Assembly (NCBI RefSeq): GCF_000315625.1
Contig: NW_005434508.1
Location: forward strand, 1 to 64,000
Source of the DNA: Guillardia theta CCMP2712
Lineage: Eukaryota; Protista; Cryptophyta
DNA: 64,000 bases
Direction: 5' to 3'
Part shown: piece after piece, positions 38,201 to 46,800 of the stretch
Position numbering within the stretch: the first letter of the stretch is position 1
How the letters are laid out: each line of letters opens with the position of its first letter
Translations under genes and position numbers: made by a program
Notes under the pieces: model-generated
The model's database searches: none
What the model was told of the DNA's origin: nothing
The model's input: only the letters and a program-made list of their open reading frames with translations

Positions 38201-39105
38201 CTGCTCCACAGCCCCAGCGGTCTCCCTCAGAGCTCAAGACATCTCCAGCGTCACCGTCAAGGCTCATGCCGGCAGCTCACGACCTGAGTGCCGAAGGAGC
38301 CGTCGTTGTGTCGCTCTTGTTCAAGCATGACGAGGGCTGGGCGGGAGGTAGAAGAAACCTCCGCTTCTGGGAGGTATGGGTGAAGGAGACGCTATGCCAG
38401 GCAGTGGACACCTCCCCCAAGCGAGTGGAGCTGGTCTCGCTGCAGGAGTCGACGGCCTCTCTCGTCCTGAGGTGCCTGGCGAGCAGGTCAAGCAGGCAGA
38501 GATCGCCGCTCGAGCTCGCTCAGGAGATCGTCGGGTGGCTCAGGGAGGCGAAGCTGGAGTATGGGCTTGAGATGTTGTCGGGGACGATCCACGCCCAGCA
38601 GGCGATGAGCTCGCCGATGAGGATGAGCTCCTTGCACAACAGAAGCCTCAGCTCCCACCTCGACCCTTCGCGAACAGCCAACGACCTGTCGGCCTTGAGA
38701 CACTCATCGGCTCTCGGAGAGCGAGAAGATGAGCCCTTGGCTTACTTCGCCGGCTTCTCCCCGGAGAGTTACAAGATCCTCCAGGCGTCTGACATGGAGG
38801 AGGAGGAGGAGGAGGAGGAGGAGCACTCGGTAGCCAAGGGAGATCTCTCGCTGCTTGACAAGCTCTTTGAGCCTCTCAGCATGGACGGTCGGGTGGGAAA
38901 CGAGGGATGGAGCATGGAAGACTCGCGGGCGTCGGGGGGTCACGACATTTTCGAGAACCTTCAAATGCTACAGTCAACGATCCAGCGGAGAAACCATGAC
39001 ATCCGATCCTTCACGAGGTCTGTGAGGAGCTTGCAGCATGACGTAGAGGCAGAGCGGACACGAGGGAGGGAGAGAGACAAGAGCGGGGACTTCATCTATG
39101 CTTAG
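35212..39105 (+). CDS. 1297-aa intronless protein with a long MgtE_N/FliG-like 12-residue helical repeat solenoid
   Basis: Uninterrupted ORF; residues ~250-990 show a 12-aa period [LM][PSD]xxxxxx[LIV]Lxx (e.g. LPEDLRSQVLLA MSEREVQHLVDH LPQSSQVALMTD); disordered termini. Confidence 0.8.
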   Translation: MMPLPPVPPARLESLYKVASDRMDSMRPLRLQFDNGKSPGPGANSLENQVSMMMRSKKAKKFKKMVADKMGDSLASSREVEPPTRGNESFSFETPRHKSEDQDDDDQSPTLTALKKLTKRMDFWQQLGAADAEASPPKNLRSHVKSKRVDTTLEHALEGSERLVQSFDMSAIKKEGSTMHTWNMLDDAAKIDFYIDCPESARSHLDQHISHQEISFLLSLSLSSNQSRKSKFFVRVLHPHVRADAISGLELPEMRKAVHSLSSQEKEETFLYMNAEQIAAILTEMTSSDTYKTFELVEKHKRAEVFTRLPLPCQRDILDMAPIKYRSQLISDLSVQDAIALLLLYPPKAAWTLLKQFSTRMQEDVVLELPEDLRSQVLLAMSEREVQHLVDHLPQSSQVALMTDLSSEAVCFLFDVLRPSTLGPLLSELNYEHHKEAVERLSAAKRISLLQHLPTALKVEVTKTFDKREFLSLIKVLDRSILAQALQEMDLYDQVEVCNQIPDPYRTELVLELDGDKRLALLSSLDTQEKVSILKSFDKKAFRNTFNQLQRAYDADVLSAMNPVELAELICGLSGIDQENVLRLLKPEQLKLVLMEMGIEDCLAVIPLISRQVRCQVLSMLPDGVRSLVFRQLIFKQQGNSLRSSQAGYDLDALAMLMSLGTEVAYTTLREMGDPLKLSVLSKVSTTERTALLEWMDPIERAEVLDNLTLEDSANSLRIMNTDRAVEGLVEIVPNKRAILLVALPEKERVAIIERMQADEASHVLSSLPLPDAVAILKHLSPATSVNCFLNMTTEECVVVLEAVPARQRAEIMCSMEIEDSVRILSDMSPRKVVETLQHVQDNDLSLMARDLPRSLLQEVIELASLRLRTRIVRLLPGSSRASILNGTEGSRFLAMLKCLTSEDMEGCFTELTPAAQLQVIQHVPPRDAKSLVGLLPAASRIPLLSQMNLEACSQILKSEQKETIEGLLGLLTAERRKEILHKLPESVQSAIAVPSSAPQPQRSPSELKTSPASPSRLMPAAHDLSAEGAVVVSLLFKHDEGWAGGRRNLRFWEVWVKETLCQAVDTSPKRVELVSLQESTASLVLRCLASRSSRQRSPLELAQEIVGWLREAKLEYGLEMLSGTIHAQQAMSSPMRMSSLHNRSLSSHLDPSRTANDLSALRHSSALGEREDEPLAYFAGFSPESYKILQASDMEEEEEEEEEHSVAKGDLSLLDKLFEPLSMDGRVGNEGWSMEDSRASGGHDIFENLQMLQSTIQRRNHDIRSFTRSVRSLQHDVEAERTRGRERDKSGDFIYA

Positions 39106-39143
39106 CAGGACGAGTGTACATGAACGAACAGAGTTAGACTAGC

Positions 39144-40451
39144 TCACGCTGACTCGTACCTAATCGAATCGATGTCAAACGGGACGGCGTTGTCGGGGGT
39201 CAGCTGGGAGAGCATGCTGGAGTAGTCCAACCCTACGACTTCTCGGCCGGTGGGAAAGAGGCTTCCCTGGAGTGGCATCTGAAGCACGTCATCGAGAGAC
39301 AGCGGGCTCTTGTTGTCCACTGCGTCCCCGAAGAAACACTCGCGCGTCGTCTTTCCCATGCTCCTGCACGACTGCAAGCTCGAGTAGATGTCGACAGGCT
39401 CTGCCGTGTCCCTGTAGTAGCACTCGAAGGAGACGTCCCTGACCTTGTCCCCCATGGCTGATGCCACCAGGACTTCAGCTACATCCAGCCGGGAGATCAC
39501 CCCGTTCTTCATCAGCCCCTGGTTCAACTCCACCTCTCTCGGCCCCCTCCTCTCCCCGAACGAAAGCTGCCCTGCTCTCACGATCACGTAGCTCCTTGCC
39601 GCTCCCTTGTCAGCTGCATACAGCTCCTGCACTGCGTTCTCTCCCTTCTCAATCCTTCCGCAGACCTCACACCTCCCTCCTCCAGATCCTCCGCCCTGCA
39701 TCCACATCATCCACAGAGGTGCAGTAGGAGAGAAAGAATTTCGATACCTGCTCCTGCTGCTGGTTGCGGCACTTCCCGCACACAGAGCTCAGAACCACCA
39801 GTTTCTTCACCTACACAACCAAGTAAGTCTCATCCCTCTCATTCTCTTGTCCTCTACGTCTTGATCCAGGCACGCCTTGGCCACGTTGCTCAGCCCCGTC
39901 ACTTCCATGCTCGATCCTTCTGGACGATCCGCTGCCTCCTTGAGGTCGACCGCCTCCTGCTGCGGAGCACGGAACCGGGGCTCGACGGCATAGATGACAG
40001 TCCCTGAGTTCCTGACTACCTCGCTCACCTCCTTTTCATCCATGAGGTCGCACTTGCTGACGGTCAGGAGCTTCGAGTCACCAGGGATGCTGATGCTGGA
40101 GGTCGGAGAGACGCATGCTGTGACGGGCACCTTCTGCTTCAGCAGCATCCTTAGCACATCCCCCCCCACGTAGCTGTCGGCTCCCACCACCGTCACTGTG
40201 CCCACCAGTCCCTCAGCACCCGAGCGAGGAGGAGCAGAGACCAGCAAGAGGCCAGCACTGGCTGCTGATGCCAAGAAGGAGCGCCTCTGCATTGAAGCGG
40301 ACTCAGCCCAGCTCTGCATGCTGAGCCGGCAGAGCGAACTGCATCGCGGATTTCTGCATGCTGCGTGGAGAGCGGAGGACGAGAGAGAGAAGCATGAGGA
40401 GAGATGGAGATTCGACAGAACAATCGCCAGGAGGAGAGTTGGCGACTTCAT
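39144..40451 (-). CDS. Plastid-targeted NAD(P)-binding Rossmann protein (atypical SDR, Tic62/NAD_binding_10-like)
   Basis: Signal peptide MKSPTLLLAIVLSNLHLSSC-F, transit-like segment, RRSFLA..; VTVVGADSYVG, GLSNVAKAC, KGENAVQELY, YVIVRAGQL, ISRLDVAEVLV. Confidence 0.8.
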
Positions 40452-40564
40452 CGCGGCAAGTTGAAATCTCCTGTCAAGGAAATTTTCAGTCTCCAATCGT
40501 TTGTTGAATCCATCCCATGTAACGCGTGCTCCTCCCCCCCCCTTCTCTTTCTCTCTTTCTCTTT

Positions 40565-41100
40565 ATCTCCACCTCTACCTCTATCTCTATCGCTATCATT
40601 ATCGCTATCTCTTTCACTTTCTCAGTCTCGATCTTTACCTCGATCTCTTTCACTTTCCTTATCTCTACCTCTACCTCTACCTCTACCTCGATCTCTACCT
40701 CTACCTCTACCTCGATTTCTTCCACTTTCTCTTCCTCGATCTCGATCTGATCTGATCTGATCTCTTTGACTTTCACTTTCTCTATCTCTACCTCTACCTC
40801 TACCTCGATCTCTACCTCTACCTCTACCTCTACCTCTTCACTTTCTCTATCTCTATCTCTATCTCTACCTCTACCTCTTCACTTTCTCTATCTCTATCTC
40901 TATCTCTACCTCTACCTCTATCTCTACCTCTACCTCTACCTCTATCTCTGGCTCTACCTCTATCTCTGGCTCTACCTCTACCTCTACCTCTACCTCTACC
41001 TCTACCTCTACCTCTACCTCTACCTCTACCTCTACCTCTACCTCTACCTCTACCACTACCTCTACCTCGATCTCTTTCACTTTCTATATCTTCATCTCTA
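40565..41100. repeat. (TCTACC)/(TCTATC) hexamer satellite
   Basis: About 530 bp of near-continuous hexamer units in the divergent SDR/kinase intergenic region. Confidence 0.95.
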
Positions 41101-41519
41101 TATTTCTGTCTTGCCTCTTCTCTGTTTCTCTGCCCCTCCCTCCCTTCTCCCTCAATCCCACCGCAAGCGCCTTGTGCCTCGATCCTACTCCCGGGGCCCG
41201 GGCCGGCCCGGCGGCCCGGCCAATCCATAATGATACGTAAAACCGTAAAACTGATACGTCGGAGTCAGTTTTAAGGAACAGGAATCGTAGACGTCGCTTG
41301 TGAACAATGCAAAGCAAGATTCTACATCAACAAGCTGGCATGGGCATGTCCCGATTGCGGCATTTCTGTTGTTCAAGACACACATGACCCCTCTAAATGT
41401 GCCGATAGAGCACAGGAATCGAGGTATGGATGGGGAAGGTACTTCGGAGGACGAGATTACTGCTGTAACTGTGCTAAGAAGCATGGTTGGACTAGCTATG
41501 GCAAGTATGCTTGCAAACG

Positions 41520-42602
41520 ATGCAAGGAGAGGTCTTTGAAGAAAACTTTAACAACTTCAAAGGTCTCGAAGAATTTGACTCAAGTGGGTCCTTCAAGTCC
41601 GTCTATCGTGCAACTTGGAATCGCTCCAACGGAGATACGTCGTCTGTAGCTGTTCTACAAATCAAAGGAAGTGGATCTTATCTCCGAGACGCGTTCCAGC
41701 AGGAACTCAACGTCACATGCGAGCTTGGTCTTCACCCGAACCTTCTCAGGCTGCTTGCGATCACCAAAGAGCCAGCCTCTGGAGATTACTGTTTGGTCAC
41801 CGAGTTCGCATGCCATGGGTCCTTGAAGTCCATGCTCCTAAAGCTGTGGGAGTCCAGGAACACGATCAGTGCACTGCACAAGATATTGATTGCTCGCCAA
41901 ATCTGTGATGGGATGGTACAACTCGCCCTTCACAATGTGGTGCATCGTGATTTGGCGGCCAGAAACGTATTGGTGTTCTGCATGGATTCAATGAATCATC
42001 TTGACGTTCAGGTCAAGATAGCAGATTACGGTCTTTCGATCTTATCTAATTGTGGGTACTGCAACACCAATGGCGGGTCGATGGCAGGGAGCACAGCTCG
42101 CCCTATCAGGTGGATGGCGCCCGAGAGCATTCAACGAAGGCTATACTCGGAGCAGAGCGACGTTTGGGCGTTCGGCGTTACCATGTGGGAGATCTGGAGC
42201 TATGCGATGATGCCTTATGGGAGTGTAACCGACGATTGCACTGTTGGGTCAAAGATCGTCGATGGTGAACGACTTGCAAACCCTGATAATTGTCCAGCTG
42301 GAATTTATGCGATCATGCAGAAATGCTGGCAAGATACGAGGAAGGATCGCCCTACGTTCAAGGAACTCCAAAGATTGCTCCTGCTGCAATACGATGAAGC
42401 AGTCGTTGAGGAGAAGATGATATCCGTGCAGCTTGCAAGTGAAGAAGCTAAAGTGTGTGTGGTCTGCCAGACAGACCCTGCAATCTGGGCGCTATCGCCT
42501 TGTGGACACTTGTGTCTATGTGGGAACTGCAAGCAAGGAAGCGAAGCCAGACCTTGTCCCCTTTGTCGCGGCCAGCCCACAAGCCTGCTACGTATCTTTT
42601 GA
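41520..42602 (+). CDS. Intronless protein tyrosine kinase-family domain with a C-terminal C3HC4 RING finger
   Basis: HRDLAARN and PIRWMAPES (TK signatures), SDVWAFGVTMWEI, CW..RPTF; C-terminal CVVC..PCGHLCLCGNC..CPLCR..LRIF (IAP/Mind-bomb-type RING). Confidence 0.92.
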   Translation: MQGEVFEENFNNFKGLEEFDSSGSFKSVYRATWNRSNGDTSSVAVLQIKGSGSYLRDAFQQELNVTCELGLHPNLLRLLAITKEPASGDYCLVTEFACHGSLKSMLLKLWESRNTISALHKILIARQICDGMVQLALHNVVHRDLAARNVLVFCMDSMNHLDVQVKIADYGLSILSNCGYCNTNGGSMAGSTARPIRWMAPESIQRRLYSEQSDVWAFGVTMWEIWSYAMMPYGSVTDDCTVGSKIVDGERLANPDNCPAGIYAIMQKCWQDTRKDRPTFKELQRLLLLQYDEAVVEEKMISVQLASEEAKVCVVCQTDPAIWALSPCGHLCLCGNCKQGSEARPCPLCRGQPTSLLRIF

Positions 42603-43850
42603 AGCGTCACGGCGTGAAGCTGTTCGCTGTGACGGTGTCAGTGATCTGGCCTCAGGCCTCTCAGGCCAGAGACGATTGCATTTTAAGCGTTTAGTGGGCT
42701 GGGCCGGGGGACTGGTCTCCAAACTCAACTGATACCTTCACTGAGTCACTTAACTGCGCGCAGGGACAGCAGTCGGCAGGATGAGGGCCCTTGGTTCTTG
42801 CTGTCTTCTCTCTTCTCGCTGGCCTGTACGACAATGTCAGTGTCAAGCCTCCTCTACTCTCCTGATTGTCCTCGTATGATTTTTAAATCACATCGAAGCC
42901 TGGCTTTGAAGCTTGTGTTTCAACGGTTCCATTCTCTGGGAGTCCCTTCCGGATCATCTGACCTATCATCTGAGTCATGGCATGATCATCTGACATATCA
43001 TCTGAGTCATGGCATGATGCCGCCACTCGAACCGAGCAAGGTCGCGCGGCTGGAGATCAGCCTGATCCCGATTACTTCATCAGTTTGATGCCGCCGGGCC
43101 CGGGAATCCACTCTTTACTCACTAGCCAATTTTTTTAAACTTTTTTTTTGCAAACAGGTATTTTTTTCCCATTGTAATGTGTCATTACTACTCAACCGTA
43201 CGTTGACGGATAAGGCCGAAAGTTACTACCGTCGGTACGGCCCATACCGTACGCCTTGTAGTTTTTAACTTCCAAAGTTCAAGCTCACGCTAGTAGCCAA
43301 GTCACCCGGTAGGTCCCAGTGGTTCTCCCAGAGGGACCGGGGGGTGGGGGGTGTGACGCTGCTGTTGACCTCTGGGGAGTCGAACGGTCACTCGCTACCC
43401 GAGGTGAGCGCGGAGAGACGGTCGAAGGAGTCAGAAGTTAACTTCCGAAGTTAACAACAGTCTGTAGGCCCTCCCTCAAGAAGTCAGAGAGCCGTTACTG
43501 TACGGGTGGCTCACTCTAGTTCACGCGGGGTGGGGGGTACTGGATTGGCTAAATGAGGCGATCAGATGTTGGATCCGTTGTTGGTCGGTTAGGATAAGGA
43601 TGACCGTGACCTCGTCAATCTCAGCTCCTCATAACAATCTATCCTCGAACTCTCCCCTCGCACTCTCGCACCCCCTCTCCCTGCCACCCTCCCGTCTCCC
43701 TCCCCTTCCTCCCCTCTTTTGTCTTTCTTCCTGTTCCCATCTGCTTGCATCGCTGCTGTCTAGGTCGTCGCATTCCTCTCGGTCGCGTCTATCCCAAGCG
43801 GTTCTGGAACTTCTACCTGATACGACGAGCGTGTCCTCCTTTGAGACTCC

Positions 43851-46800
43851 ATGCCGCCGTCTGAGACGAAGTGTCTGATCTTTCTCGTGTCATTTCTGCT
43901 CTCCTCGTGCTGGGGGAAAGCAAGCAACCGGGATGATGATCTTAGTGTCAAGAGGCTTACTGGCCGCCCATGGCACGTTCTAAACATGAAGGACGTTCCT
44001 TTGAGGAAGCTTGTCTTCGATGACAAGTCCAAGAGCTCTACTCGCTCCATATCCTCTAGCTTGAGCCTCTACGTTGTTCGGGTGTCCGACCCCAGAGCAG
44101 TGGTCGCCAGCTTGAGGTCGATCGCGGCGGGCAAGTACATGCAGTACTATCCTCACGACACCTACCTCATGGCGCTCGATGCCGCGCACGCAGAGGCCGT
44201 CCATTCCCTCCGGGGGGTCGAGGGCGTGTTTGCTATGCCGGCGGAGGCCAAGACAGCGTCTCGTGCTGCTCAGGTCAGAGCGGCGGCAGGGGCCACGGCC
44301 ACGTTGGACGTGCAAGTGGCAGTGACGAACGAGACGCGAGGAACGTTTGCGAGCACGCTGATGTCATGGCAGCGAGATCTCCGCAAGGTTGTACCTCCTT
44401 CCTCCTTCACCATGCGATGGGCCAGCACGAGCAAGGTGGTGGTGGTTGTGGACGTCGCACAGGAAGACGCTGTGTGGGCCTGGCTGGCAGAGCAGCCGCT
44501 GGTGGTCTGTATCGAGGAGCGGCCGACTTTCATCATCAACAACAAGTATGCGGTGAGTGCAGCTGCTTCCTCCCTCCTGCTCCTGACTTGCCCACCTAGT
44601 CCATGGCCGTGCAGTCCAATGATGGAACGCAAAACAAGCTCTGGAGCCAGGGCCTGCTGGGCTCCGGCGAGATCGTCGGGTGCGCGGACACTGGGGTGGA
44701 CTACGACAGCTGTTTCTTCCAGGACCCCAACCAGCAGGTGAAGACGTGTCAGGGCCTGGGAGCCCCCGCAAACTGCGTCAACATGAACCATAGGAAGATC
44801 GTCTCCTACCGCTACTTCGCCTCCACCAACGTGGGCGACACCTCCTACGGCCATGGAACACATGTCGTCGGCTCGATCCTGGGCAACTCTCTGTCCAGCG
44901 ACTACACCGTCTCCTACAACGGAGGAGCGCCGGAAGCAAAGCTCTCATTCGACGACATCTCCTCTGACGGCAGCAGCCTGTGGCTCCCCGACGACCTCAA
45001 CACGGACTTGTTCCCTCATGCCTTCGCCGTCGGGGCCAACCTGCACTCCAACTCATGGGGGTCGTCGACCTCGGCCTACACCAGCACGGCGCAGGAGATG
45101 GATCAGTTCATCTTCGACCACGACGACTTCCTCATCCTCGTGGCTGCCGGTAACTCTGGGCCAGGAGCAGGAACCATCGGCTCCCCCGCCACGGCTAAGA
45201 ACATCCTGGCAGTGGGAGCAGGAGCCAACACGCTCGCTGCCTACCAAGACTACGACGGATACACGGGGACGGCGCATGACAAGCAGAGGACTGGCCTCGT
45301 CGACTTCTCCTCCCGCGGGCCAACTCCGGACGGACGGTTCAAGCCGGACATCGTGTGCCCGGGAGAGAGCATCCGGTCGGCCTACTCGGACGGGACCCTG
45401 ACCTCCTTCCAGTGCTCCATCGCCGAGATGAGCGGCACCTCCATGGCCACCCCGACATGCGCAGGCGCGTCAGCGCTAGTGCGTCAGTACTTCCGCGAAG
45501 GCTTCCTCTCCTCCGGGGCCCGCAACGCTTCCGCCGCCATGGCGCCGTCGGCGTCGCTGGTCAAGGCCATCATGATCCATGCGGGTCAGCCCATGTGGTA
45601 CACGGAGTCGTCGACGTGGAGGCTTCCTCCCTCGCTCCCTCACGTGTCGCAAGGGTTCGGACGGGTCGACCTCGAGTCCGTCCTCTACTTTGGCCCTTCC
45701 ACTCCCTTCAAGCTCAAGGTGCATGACCGGGAGGTCGTCGAGGACCAGCAGACCAGACACTTCTGCTTCCTCGCCCCCAGCCGCCCCTCCTCCCTTGTCT
45801 TCCGCGCCTCCCTCGTCTGGACGGATCCTCCTGCTCCTGTCGGGAGCCAGCGGACGCTGATGCACGACTTGAACCTCATGGTGCAGGACCCGAGCAGGAG
45901 GATCTTGTTCGGCAACAACCTCACGAGCAGCGGCAACCCGGTCAAGGACGACGCCAACAACTGCGAGCAGGTCACCATCTCCAACGCTACGGGCGGCATG
46001 TACCGAGTGATGGTGGAAGGGCTCGACATCCAAGGGAGCTCGCAGAAGTTCTCGCTGGTGGTCACGGGGGACGTGGAGGAGGTGACTTGCCCAGCCCTCA
46101 CTTGCCCCAACGGCTGCTCGTCACATGGAACCTGCAAGCTCGGCACCTGCTCCTGCGACATCGGCTTCCAAGGACAGGACTGCAGTGTCCCAGCTCCTCC
46201 CCTCATCAGCCCGTCCGTCTGCCAGCAAGTCACCTACGACTCTGGCAGCCCCTACTCCGGCACGACGCCTCCTGCTGCTGCTCTCCGACCGACTCCCGTC
46301 GTGGTCGAGTTCGTCTCGGACGGAAGCATCGGGGGCAAGGGCTTCTTGGCCATGTTCGGCGACTCCTCGTCGCTGCCGTCCAGCAACGGGACGAGCAACC
46401 AGGTGGCGACGCTGTTAGCATCTGAGGGGATCGTGACCGATGGGGACGGGAACTACGACAACAACTGGGTCAAGACTTGGATCCTCGCCCCTCCTCTTGC
46501 CCAGCAGGTCTACCTCAAGTTCCTCGACTTCAACGTGGAGAACGGATGGGACTTCGTGTACGTCTACGAGTGCTCTACCGCCGCCTGCTCCTCTCCGGTG
46601 CAGGTGCAGGGAAGCCCGTTCACAGGGGCTGCCGTCCCCGACCTCCTCGTCTCCTCCACGGGCATCATGAAGGTTGTCTTCACTTCCGACGGCTCAGTCA
46701 CAGCGCCGGGCTTCAGAGCTGTCTTCCTCACTCGCCTCCACGACTGCTCCAGCAGCGGGCTGGTGCAAGAGAGCTTCGGCCTCCTCTCCGACGGGATCGG

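Noticed and set aside
40486-41230. ORFs with (RG)n, (EV)n and (YL)n repeats
   Set aside because: Translations of the TCTACC hexamer satellite in different frames.
42952-43018. 32-bp tandem duplication containing TGAGTCA; similar two-copy repeats at ~34728-34793 and ~53330-53400
   Set aside because: Only two copies each, consistent with ordinary slippage; no independent evidence of function.
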